Source of the DNA: the human T2T-CHM13v2.0 reference genome, Homo sapiens
DNA: 64,000 bases
Assembly (NCBI RefSeq): GCF_009914755.1
Contig: NC_060925.1
Reading direction: 5' to 3' (one strand)
Position 1 is the stretch's first letter. Every line of letters starts with the position of its first letter. A model generated the notes under the pieces. The model was not told where the DNA came from. It searched no databases and was given only the letters and a program-made list of their open reading frames with translations. The translations under genes were made by a program, and so were the position numbers. Of this stretch, positions 1 to 12,320 are shown in pieces.

Positions 1-211
1 TTTCCTATCAGGGATAACCTTAGTCAGAGGTGATAAAGATGAAGCAAGAGTGACTGTGTCCTGTAATTAACACCCAGAAGTTTGGAACAGGCTTCAGGAA
101 TTCATCTGAAATATCTGGGATCTAGGGACAGATGCAGAATATAAAATATACCACTGGTGCCTTTACTCTGTTCTTCAAAGCTTCTGTGAAACACATCTGA
201 TGAAGCACACC

Positions 212-273
212 TGAAGCATCAATGGCTACCTTCCCTCCTGCGTGAAGCATCAATGGCTCCCTTCCCTCCTGCG
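212..273. repeat. 31-bp tandem duplication, 2 copies
   Basis: tgaagcatcaatggct[a/c]ccttccctcctgcg at 212-242 and 243-273, one mismatch. Confidence 0.95.
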
Positions 274-373
274 TAGGGGAGGGTGTAGGACGGGCTACAC
301 CTCTCCCTGCCTCAAGTCAAGGAAGATCTTTACTTTCATCTCTTGTCACACTCACACACTTAGACTCACTTAC

Positions 374-542
374 CTGTAGGGGTTAGAGTTGGGGGTGATT
401 AGCTCGATGATGTGTACTTCCTCATTCTGGGGCTGGCTGGACATCACACACCCTTCTGCTGCTTTGGGTTGAAGGTACTCAGCAAGGTAATTGAGTGAGA
501 GAAAATTCTTCCCTATGTTGCACTTTGGAGGGAACACTTGAT
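374..542 (-). CDS. TGFBR3: TGFBR3 coding exon (exon 6, 169 nt, phase 1 to 2): (D)QVFPPKCNIGKNFLSLNYLAEYLQPKAAEGCVMSSQPQNEEVHIIELITPNSNPY(S)
   Basis: Translation matches betaglycan orphan domain as I recall it; acceptor ctctttcag|AT at 543/542, donor CAG|gtaagt at 374/373; phase continues from the 184-nt exon. Confidence 0.98.
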
Positions 543-864
543 CTGAAAGAGGCACAGGACAATCTGTCAAACCACTGAGGTACTCGGTAACCAGATTCAA
601 AGGAAGGAGGGTAACAGTGAAACTGAGCAAATGGCAGACACAGGGAACCACGAGCTCAAAGGATGGTTCTTCGTCTGTGAAGTCCGCAACCACTGCCCTG
701 AAATGCATCCTGTTATGGTCACCAGTGACCGCCTATTGACTAGCCCCCAACTAGGGGTCTCTTTTGGCTAAATCTTCTCCTTGCATGTTCTCTGTGATAC
801 TTCCTGTCCTCGTCTGTTTCCTCTGACCTATCTTTCACATCTCTTCCACTGGTTCCTCCTCTGC

Positions 865-982
865 TCAGAATCTGTATAGACCCCAACCCAGAGAATCTGA
901 TTCAGAACACCCAGGCGGGGCCTAGGGAGCTTTCTTTTTTGAAAAGCTCGTAGTAGATTCCAATATAAACCAAGGCTAAGAA
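865..982. mobile_element. MER5-like hAT-Charlie MITE fragment
   Basis: ccccaacccagagaatctgattcag...ggggcctaggga pattern typical of MER5. Confidence 0.6.
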
Positions 983-2873
983 CTTCTCAGCTCCTTCCTC
1001 AATCCCCTTTCTATCTCATTCTTTTTCTAGGTGATCTCAATCACTCCCATGGTTTCAACCTGTACCTAGATCATGACTCCTTTTCTGAGCAGTTGACTTA
1101 TACTGTCATCTGTCTACCAAGCATCTCCTATCTAAAAATCCAATACTTATGTATTTCATGGTCAGCGTATTTAACATTCAATCCATTCTATCCCCAAATG
1201 CACTCCTCCTTGGATATTTGTTATTTCAACTATCAGGAGAAGCAACCACCTAATTAATCCTCCGACACCCCATGTAGAATTAATCTTTCCCTCATATGTA
1301 TTCCTCACAGCACTTTATACTCTGAAGATGAAAGGTAGGAATTTGGGGGAAATAAAGAAGGCAGACTTTCACTCTTTCTCACAATCTGAACACAGACAAC
1401 TCAAGTTTATATGGCACTTTACAGTTTACAAAGTGCTTTCGCAAACATTATCTCACTGTGCTGAGAGTTGCTCACCACCTCCACCCGGGAAAGTGATGCA
1501 AGTACCAGAATCTGAAGACACTCCCACAACGGCACATGCCATTTACACAGCACGGCGGCTGATGGGATTTCCATCCACGGGCTTAAATATTTCAACAGAA
1601 CTTGAAAGAAACTGCTGGCAGTGTGACAGCTGGGACCAGTGTCAAGGAAGTTCTAGGTGTAGCATGCTTTTTTCAGAAGGGATAATTAATCAGAGGCCTG
1701 GCACTACTATAAAACAGACTTCTGCCTTTTCCATTTTGAGGACAGGATGCCAGGGTTCAAGTCCACATGGAAGTCTCACTTTGGAGTAAGGAATCCAACC
1801 AGGGGGTCCCAAGACTGGGTTGATACTGTCCCTCCCCCTCCCCACTTGTGCAACCTCCCTTGTGCTGAGGTCCGCAGCACACACTGGGGCATCATGGCTC
1901 TGGCCACCACAGCACCCCCAGCACCACCCCAGAACAAAGGGGACCAAAGCCTCTGTTTGTCGGCTCGTTGCGAGAGAGCATTGGGTTTGCACTCTGCAGT
2001 CTCCTCTAATTCCCCTCCCCCTCAGAGAGAAAAGCTCAAGGCTCCACTGACTCAGGCTGCTAGAGCAGCCTCCCTCCACATCTGCTGAGGGTTTTGCCAG
2101 ATGAGCAAATGAGGTATGCACACCGTGCAGCTGCAGCCCTGCGGATGCCTCCCCCACATCACAGGATGGAAAATGATATTGGAACGGCAAGGTTGAAATT
2201 TAATTAAGAAAGAGCGTCTATGGGCCAGGGACAGGACAGTCTGGAACTCAAGAGACTAGGGCCCTCCTGGGATTGTGGCCGGCATATCCAGTTCATAGGT
2301 GTGCCTGGCTTGTATCTGGCACATAGTGGGCATATGGTATAGGTTTCCTGAATTAACAAACAATGATGTGAGATTTGAGACAAATAACAAAATATTCACT
2401 CATGTGAAGCCACTAGGAAAGGTCTAATTGTTCAAAAGTTGATGTTATTAAGGGCTCTAGTCCCAGAAGCCATTGTCACTAAGTTGAATAAGCTGACCAC
2501 TTTTGTTGTGTGTGGTTTCTCCCCCGCTCCCCAATGACTTTCCGAATGCCTGGCATCAAAACTTATACCGAGTGCCAAGTAGAAAGGAAACCACAAAGGG
2601 GAATTCCCGGGTAGAAACCTGGCAAGTTTGGGGGCAGGGGGAGTCACATGCTTATTTGTATTTTAGGGAAAGATTGACAAATGACTTTAAGACACAGAAG
2701 GATATACTCTGAGAGCAGGAATGAACCTGGGGGGTAATGCAAACACCTCATTTTCCTGCTGTGGAAACTGAGGCTCTGGTGGTAAGTCAATGTTGCTTGA
2801 AGCCTCGCAGCAAGACCAGCTGGGATAAGAGCAAAACTCTTAAATTCTTTCATTCTGGGTATATAGATGAGAG

Positions 2874-3056
2874 CAGTTCCCAAACGTCAGCAAGCATCAG
2901 ATCTCCTAAAGGGCTGATTGAAACACTGACTGCTGGGTCCCACCCCCAGAGTTCCTGATTCAGTTGGTCTGGGTTGGGCCTGAGAACTGGCATTTCCATC
3001 AAGTCCCCAAGTGATGCGGATGCTGCTGGGGCAAAAACCACACTCTGAGAACTGCT
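2874..3056. mobile_element. MER5A (hAT-Charlie MITE), near full length
   Basis: gctgggtcccacccccagagttcctgattcagttggtctgggttgggcctgagaa...ccacactctgagaac; about 185 bp, palindromic. Confidence 0.8.
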
Positions 3057-3809
3057 CGGGTTAGAGCAACCAGGCCTCATGGCCTGCGATCGCTGGGTAC
3101 AAGAAAGGTAGAGCCAGGTCGGATTCTGGGAAGTGGGGGATGAAGCTTGCTCAGTGCAGTCTGAGCCGTGGTGATAAACATATCACTTTATGGTCCACTG
3201 ACCTCACCAAGGAACCTCCTTTCCCTACTGCTCCTCTCTCCACGGCATGGCCCGGTGACTCATACTCAACTGGTGGCTGGAGTCAAGTTTCAGGGGTTCC
3301 GAAGGTGTTACCAAGGAGTTAACAGTTTTTACTGCACCAGACACAAGGTCCTTTAAGTTGGCTTCCCCTACCCAGTGTGCACAGGCTGAACCAGTTAAGT
3401 GACAACCCGTGGCTCTCAGGGTAAGTGACTACTGTGCTTAGAAAGAAGCTCATGCACTGCCGAGAGAACACAGTCCAACATTCTAAATGTTATTATAACA
3501 AATTTTCTTATTCTAACAAATTCCAAGGGGTAATCAACATTCTTTCATGCTACTAGAATTCTGCTTCAGAAACGCGGCCCGCTGGCCAGGGCTTAGAGTC
3601 TTTATTAAAAGAAATTTTTCATTTTGTCTCAATGGGATTTGACCTCTGTTATTAGCTACCTATCATGAGAGTACAGAAACAAACTTAGACTTTTTGAGCC
3701 CAGCCCTCCTCTAAGTCCCCTTCTCTCTGCCTCAACTAAACAAGGATGTTCATCCAGGTGGACCACTTCCCTTTTTGAGTTATGCTTATTTGGCTAGGAC
3801 TTAAAGTAC

Positions 3810-4010
3810 AGCTCAGGCAACAAGCATTAAACTCAAGAGTCAGGAAGCCTGGGTTTGTGTTCTGGCTTTGTCACTTGTTAGTAACTTGGATGTGAGCAGG
3901 TTCACTTAGCCCTCCACTAAGCCCTCTGTAAAATGGTGGAAATGACATCTTCCTCCTGGGGTTACTGTGGGGTTAAGTGGGATGCACGTGAAGGCCCCTG
4001 AAATGGCTTC
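3810..4010 (+). mobile_element. MIR SINE
   Basis: gagtcaggaagcctgggtttgtgttctggctttgtcactt...ctctgtaaaatgg MIR core. Confidence 0.7.
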
Positions 4011-4263
4011 TGCACGTAGCATCCTCTCCGACGTCCACGTCCACCTTTCCTGCCTCTGTCTCTCACACACTTTAAAGCAGCCCAGATCCAAATAAGAGTT
4101 GGGATCAAGTGTTCACTAACCCACCCTTCCCTGTCTTGTCTATGAGGAGGTGACAGCTGCTGTAGAATTTAACAGAAAGCAGCTGGATGCTGAAGACCTT
4201 AAACGCAGTGTTCACACAATCAGCCAGCTATAACAAGGACCCATTCACAAGAGTTATTTCCTA

Positions 4264-4730
<467 letters not shown>

Positions 4731-5364
4731 AAAAAAGGCTTTCAAAACTGGGTTTCTGGATATTTCTATCCCTTTGCAATGCAAGGAAATTTAAATAGGC
4801 AATCTCTTATCAAGACCCTACACTTCTTTTCTCCAATAATTTGTCCTTGTAATAGTCATTTGTACTAAAAATATATTTAAATACTTTTCCTTTGCTATTG
4901 TCCAAAATGTAACCTATGTCTCAGCACCACAAACTGACACAGGCTTCAAACGTTTGCAGAACACAGGTAAGAGGAAGCCACCTGCTGACCCATTCATTCT
5001 GCCAGCTCTTCCACTCCATCAGTCATCACCTCCTTCCCACACCCTCAGCTTCTCACCTCCACTTACTTTTTTTGACTTCTGTGCATGGGTGTCTTCTAAA
5101 TCCCACACAACAACCTTCTCCTCTCTCCCCCTGCTCCTCCCTATGTTTCACTTGGCCATAACCAGGCCTGCTTCCCCAGGAGGAAAAAAGAAGGGAGGGA
5201 ATATGGGGGGCGGTGGAGAGGCCTGGGGCCAAATGACCCCTCAGGTCCCTTCCAGGTCCAACATTCTGTAATTCTGTGATTCCTTGCCCTAACCACCTGG
5301 TTTCAGAAAAGAAAACAATTGCCTGTCATAAATCAGTCATTAACTGAAGCCACATAAAATTTAC

Positions 5365-5548
5365 CTTCCCCCACTTTAATATAAATGTTTCTTGCTATCT
5401 TGAGTTCGGTGAATGAAGTAACTGCTCCATACTCTTTTCGGGCCCAATTTAACAGATGTTCATTTCCACGGGGGAAGTTCCTTTCTTCTGTTTCTGCTGT
5501 CAAGGAGAAGTTTGCTGATGAAAACTGGACCACAGAACCCTCAGACAC
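5365..5548 (-). CDS. TGFBR3: TGFBR3 coding exon (exon 5, 184 nt, phase 0 to 1): VSEGSVVQFSSANFSLTAETEERNFPRGNEHLLNWARKEYGAVTSFTELKIARNIYIKVGE
   Basis: Recognisable betaglycan sequence; acceptor tctttcctctag|GTG, donor AAG|gtaaat. Confidence 0.98.
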
Positions 5549-6828
5549 CTAGAGGAAAGAGAATTGCGTATTTAACATGGTGCAGTCACCGGAGCTGAAT
5601 CATAATTAGAGAAAGTACTTCTCAGATCGAAGTGCTTGTAAATCGAACCTCTTCCCTTCGTTATATAAGCAGATCAGCGTTTTTAAGCAGCGGATTCAAG
5701 GAATAATCCCAAGCCTAGTCCTCCCAGACAAAGGCAAAACTACCAATGCAGGATGTCCCTCTGAACTCTGAAAGAACCTTGTGATGACGGACTGCATTGC
5801 ACATTGAGTAATCATAAGAATTATCACTGCTATTTCCAAGAAATCTAAATTGAAGACCAATCTTACAATGAATGTATTTCAAGTCAAGTGGGAAGCCTTG
5901 ATGAATGTTCTCGTGGGCTTATAAAAAGCTTCAGGATCAAGACAAGTGATCCCAAAGTCCTGCTAGCAACTGATCACGACTTTCAGGTCTTCCATAGTTG
6001 CAGCATCTGCCAACAGAGTCATCACAATAGGGACACAGCGAGAGTCCTCTTGGTTTATGTTCACCTCAGCACTGAGATAAAAATGGCCAAAGGTTGCCAG
6101 CCTTTCTATCACATTGCTCTATTTCATAAGAGTGAGATGAATGTTTGTAACAGTTTATTGTGTAAGACCCCCAAATTCCCATAGATAATGAAGTCAAGAG
6201 GCTGTTAAACTGATCTAATAAAACTTTCAGGATGACGTATGCAAGTACCTCATTCTTGCTGAATGTATTTAGACCACTGCTGACCTAGCATATCATGGTA
6301 TATGTGTAATTAACACATCCAAAGGAGGAAAATCATCATCTTGTTGCTGTGCTATAATCAAATTTAGTTGCTGGTGAAAATATGCATGCCATTTTTGTTG
6401 GCTAGCATTTATAAAATAACTGATTTTTTCAATGTCAGAGTGAAACCTCAAAATGTGGGCAAGAAGGCTCACAAATTCTCAGGTCATAGAACTATAAATG
6501 TCTTGTATTAAATTTCACATGAACCATTTATTCATAACGAAAAGCATGCAGTTTCTGAAGTAAGACTAAGAAGCAAGTCGAGGGCAGGGATTTTATTAGT
6601 GGTTCTATCACAGCAGCATTTTTAACACACACAAAATTATATTTTCCCAGCTACTGTGCTAGGCATTAATATTTTCTATACAATTATATAAACGTATCTT
6701 CTAAAAACGCTGGCAAAAAAAAGTACTTCACTTAATTGATTCCATGACCTACTAATGTTGCAAGCTGAAAACTAGAATCACCTGAAAAGTTTCTAGATAT
6801 CCTGATGCCCGGGCCACACAGATGGTAC

Positions 6829-7135
6829 AGAGCTACATGTTCCACTCTGGTTTTGTTTATAACTGGCATCAGGACATTCAGAAATGATCGTGACTACACT
6901 TGACAGCACTGATACGTAGTAAGTGTGCAGTCAGTGGTAGCTGTGTAGAACTACACAGGGCTCTGTGGAAGCCCTGAATTAATCACTAATAAACTCGGTG
7001 TAAACCAAAGCTACTCACAACAGCTACCACTGACTGCACACTTACTACGTATCAGTGCTGTCAAGTGTAGTCACGATCATTTCTGAATGTCCTGATGCCA
7101 GTTATAAACAAAACCAGAGGGGAACATGTAGCTCT
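6829..7135. repeat. Long inverted repeat: 116-bp arms (6829-6944 and 7020-7135), 1 mismatch, 75-nt spacer
   Basis: Arm 2 is the reverse complement of arm 1 base by base, except 6844(A) opposite 7120(G). Confidence 0.97.
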
Positions 7136-8442
7136 AACCTTGTTTTGACGTCGCCTGAATAAGAAAAAAATCCTAGGTCATTTTCCTGCCAAAAAATAAC
7201 CATGCCCACCTAAGTGTAACTTCTCTGAGGCTTAGCTACTCATCAACACTGAACTTCCAACAATGTTTATCTAATTTTTTGACTTTTGCACTGTAGTAAA
7301 ATCTTCCTTTCACTTGTACTAAAAAGGCATTTTTATCAAGGCTGTCACCAAAACCCACAACAGTCCAGAGGCCTTTGTCCCACTGCCAGCACAGTTCTGA
7401 ATGTTTAGACGAGAAACCCTGGATGTTCTGCTTCTTGTTTCTCATTCATGTTGTGGCCATAAACTAGAGCAACCCTATATACATTATACACAGAGTACAT
7501 TTTTCAGAGCGGAAAGCGGGATGTCACACTGGTGCATTCCAGAGGCAAGAAAGCAAACAGCACAAATACAGAAGATATCAACGGCAACTCCGAATTGTGT
7601 CCTGAAGTAATTAAAGAGCGATGCCGTGATGAAGCTGGTGATGGGGCTGATTCGTGGAGGAGGAACAACTCCCTCTGCTCCCTCCAGGCATTGTTGTCCT
7701 CACGGGCCAGCAGCAATAAGCTTCATACACTCAGGGCTGAGGAATTTGGAACTGGAGTTAACTGCCACTCCTCAGGCACATTCCAATAAGAAGAAAGCAA
7801 AGCTGCAGTGAGGTGTCCCTGACTGCAGGTCAGTGGAAATTTTCAGCTTCAGCAAGGAGTGAGCTAGCACTCCCCTCCTGACTGCCAGCTCTCCTGACCC
7901 TGACAAGGCTACAGCTGAGTTTTAGAAGGTGTTGTTTTAGAAGGTATTGTTCAGATGTTATTTCCATCTGATTTGCGGAACTGTGAGGCAGGCTACGGTG
8001 ACCTCTACAGCAGAAAAGCGGAAACCTCAGAGAGTCTAATGGCCTACCCAAGGCCAGAGAGTCATGCACCAGGCCCAGACCAGAACTTAAGACTTCTGAC
8101 TCCTGGTCACAGCTGGCCTCTGCTTGCACCCTTCCAGAAAGAAGACCTCACTAGCTCCCAAGACAGCAGATTTCTGTTCTGTTAGATTCATTTTTTATAC
8201 ACTAGTCTGAGCCATGCCTACTAGAACAAAGAATTCCTTCGTCTTTCTTCCATGAGACAAGACTTCAGGTGTTTAAAGGTGTCATCTGACCTCAATCACA
8301 TGTTTGCTTTTTCAGGGCAACACCCCTAGCTTCTTCAGTTCTGCCCCAGATACCCTGGTTGTCAGAGCGTCAACAGGATAGTCTCTGAAAGACGGTGTCG
8401 GGACAAGATTCAAGGTCTCCAGGTATGGTCTGAGAAGCATAC

Positions 8443-8830
8443 TGTGATGGTTCATTTTATGTGTCAACTTGACTGGGCCACAGGTGCCCAGATATTTGGC
8501 CAAACATTATTCTGGGTATTTTGGTGAGGATGCATTTGGATGAGATTTAAATGTTAGTACATTGAGTAGGGCAGATTTCTCTCCCTGACATGTATGGGTT
8601 CATCCAATCAGTTGAAGGCCTGAATAGAACAAAAAGCTGACTCTCTCACAAGTAAGAATTCTACCTGATGGCTTTCAAACTGGAACATCAGCTCTTCCCG
8701 GTGCTACAGCAGCCTACAGGCCTTCGAACTGGAACTGGGGCACTGGCTCTGCAGATTTTGGACTTCTTAGCCTCTATAATTGCATGAGACAATTCCTATA
8801 ATAAATCTCTTTCTCTATATATGTGAACAC
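8443..8830 (+). mobile_element. MLT2-family (ERVL) solo LTR
   Basis: Starts tgtgatggttcattttatgtgtcaacttgactgggcc; ends near aataaatctctttctctatatatg. Confidence 0.85.
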
Positions 8831-8896
8831 TGCATGAAGCATCCACATTAGCTTTGGCATCAGCTGAACCCTGCTATGATCTCATATTTACTAATT

Positions 8897-9322
8897 GATA
8901 TAGTTTGCATATTTGTCCCCACCTAAATCTCATGTTGAATGGTAACCCCCAACGTTTCACATGGGGCCTGGTGGGAGGTGTTTGGATCATGGGGGCAGAT
9001 CCCCCCATGAATGGCTTAGGCCATCCCCTTGGTAATAAGTGAACTCTCGTCTTGAGTTCACGTGAGATCTGCTCATTTAAAAGTGTGTGGCACCTCCCCC
9101 GACACACGTTCTCTCTCTTGCTCCTGCTTTTGCCATGTGTAAGTGCCTGCACCTGCTTCATCTTCCTCCATAAGTAAAAGCATCCTGAGGTCTCCCCAGA
9201 AGCAGATGTTGGTGCTATGCTTCCTGTACAGCTTGCAGAACCATGAGCCAATTAAACCTCTTTTCTTATAAATTGCCCAGTCTCAAGTATTTCTTTTTAG
9301 CAATGCAAGAACAGCCTAATAA
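8897..9322 (+). mobile_element. MST-family (MaLR) solo LTR
   Basis: tgatatagtttg...aaatctcatgttgaat...gagccaattaaacctcttttcttataaattgcccagtctcaagtatttc...agcctaata. Confidence 0.9.
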
Positions 9323-9339
9323 ACTAATCTATGCTTTAA

Positions 9340-9900
9340 ACATAGAGCCAACAAAGATTTATGGAGTGCCTGCCTACTCCATTGTTCTCCATGCTGGAGA
9401 CACAGTGGAGAGACACAGTGGAGAATATGACAGAAAAAATTCCCTGCCCTTATGGAGATTAAAGTCTAGTAAGACAGCCAGAGGAGCACAATAAGGTCAC
9501 TGAGAAGTTAAAGACCTAAAGGAGACGAAAGAACAAACCACACAAACATCAGGGCAAGGAGCATTCACAGTTGAGACGCAGCAAGTGTAAGGTCTGACAT
9601 GGTGAAGGAAGACCAAGGAGGTCAGTGTGGCTGGACACAGGGCTGAGAGGAGGTTGGTAGGACACAGGGCTGAGGCAAGGTTGGTAGGACACAGGTCCCA
9701 GAGGAGACCAGTAGGCCCAACAGGACCTTGTAGACCGTTGTAAGGACTATTGAAACATCTACCAAATGTTTTCGCAGGATGGCTCTGGCTGCTATGTTGA
9801 GTCTAAGGGGAGACAAAAAGCAGGAGATCGTTAGTAGACTTCCGGAATAATTCAGGTGAGAAACAGTGGTCACTCACACCAGGAAGGATGGTAGAGATGA
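9340..9900. mobile_element. L2 LINE fragment
   Basis: atttatggagtgcctgcct..., ccctgcccttatggag..., ctctggctgctatgttgag L2 motifs. Confidence 0.6.
9633..9695. repeat. 27-bp tandem repeat, about 2.3 copies
   Basis: ggacacagggctgagNNNaggttggta twice plus ggacacagg. Confidence 0.9.
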
Positions 9901-10588
9901 TGGTACCTAACCCCCCAAGGTCTTTTCACCAGTTCGAGGCTTTTCTATCCTATCCTTATACCCATAATTCTCCCAAAATAAATGCAAAGTCTTATAGTTA
10001 TTCTTCAGACCCATATTTCAAGTCTGAAGAGACCATGTAAAAATCCTTATTTTATTAGCTATAAATAATTAAATTTTATAGCACACCTTCTGCACTTTCA
10101 TCTAAATCCCTGAGAGGTTGACCAAGACAAGGCTGAAGTCTGTGACTCATACGTACACTCCCACACTAACCTGAGCACATTAGCAGTCCTTGCTGGGGTT
10201 CCAGGTTGTTCAGCCAACTACCAAGGGATCTCACAGAACCTTCCTCATCTTTGTAAGGGCATCATGCTACAACCCGCCAAGAACCCTGCTGCATTAGTCC
10301 ATTCTCACACTGCTATAAAAAAATACCTGGGACTGGGTAATTTACAAAGAAAAGAGGTTTAATTGGCTCATGGTTCCACAGGCTGTACAGGAAGCATGGC
10401 TGGGAGGCCTCAGGAAACTTACAATCATGGTGGAAGGTGAAGAAGAAGCAGGCATGACTTATATGGCAGGAGCAGGAGGAAGAGAGGGAGTGGGTAGGTG
10501 CTACATACTTTTAAATAACCAGATCTCGTGGTAAATCACTCACTATGACGAGAACAGCACAAAAGAGGAAATCTTCCCATCCCCATGA

Positions 10589-11272
<684 letters not shown>

Positions 11273-11538
11273 TGAGATTTGGGCAGGGACATAGACCCAA
11301 ATCATATCATTTGCTGAAATGAAGACAAGATATTTCCAGGTCATTCCTCTAGTCTACCAGTCCATGCTCCAGACACTGCATTAATTTTCATGGCATAGCA
11401 CCCTTATCAGAGTCTGGCTTGTAGAAGAACATAGGATATAAAGAGAATAGCAAAACACATAAGAAATGTAGGGAAAATAATTTTGTCTAATATGAGAAAG
11501 GGTTGCAATCATCACTGCAAGGAAGATAACTGCAAGAG

Positions 11539-12320
11539 TGTATAGGAGAAAAACAACCTATTTTTCTCTATGCTCACACCACTCTCAATAGTTTACTTCT
11601 GACATCGCATGTCTGGGTGTTTTTCCCACACCAACTAATTCTCCAACTCAGAACACCAATTGATGCTGTGTATTTCGATGTAATTCTGATACCATCTACC
11701 TGGAGATAGGTCAGACCGCACAGATTAAGGGCTCAGTCCCACAAGACTGCCCCTCTTCAGATGCTTCTGATAGTGGGGCTATAAATCATAGGTTCCCATG
11801 ACCCTGAGGTTCAATTATTTTCTAGAATGGCTCACAGAACTCAAGGAAATACTTTTAAGTTTATTCATTTATGATAAAGGATACAACTCAAGAACAGCAG
11901 CCAGATGGAAGAGATGCACAGGGCAAGGTACGGGGAAGGGGTGAGGAGCTTCTGTGCCCTCTCGGAGAGCGCCACTCCCCCACGCCCCGGCACCTCCACA
12001 TGCTCACCAACCAGCAGCTCTCCAAACCCTACCCCACAGATCAGGGATTTCTAGGGAGCCTTCATTCCACAGGCATGACTGATAAAACCATTGGTCATGT
12101 ATGATTAAGTCAATCTCCAGCCCTTCTCCCCTCCTTCAGAGGGGTGGGCTGAAAGTTCTAACCTCTAATCACATGGTTGGTTCCCTTGGCAACCAGCCCC
12201 CATCCAGAGGCTATCCAGGAGCCCCAGCCACCAGTCATCTCACCAGCATACAAAAAGGTACTTAACACTTCAGAGATGATGAGGGTTGGAGGAGCTGTGT
12301 GCCAGAGGAGGAGACTATTT
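11539..12320. mobile_element. MER21-family LTR
   Basis: accatctacctggagataggtcagac...ttaagggctcagtcccacaagactgcccc...ggctgaaagttctaacctctaatcacatggttggttccc. Confidence 0.75.

Noticed and set aside
543-708. In-frame upstream extension of the exon 6 ORF (MHFRAVVADF...)
   Set aside because: Lies upstream of a canonical acceptor; intronic read-through of degenerate repeat-like sequence.
1328-2190. Overlapping 113-166 aa ORFs on both strands
   Set aside because: No recognisable protein similarity or exon structure; expected by chance in GC-richer sequence.
5333-5364. ORF continuing past the exon 5 donor (GKFYVASVND-stop)
   Set aside because: Ordinary intron read-through; no evidence for a truncated isoform.
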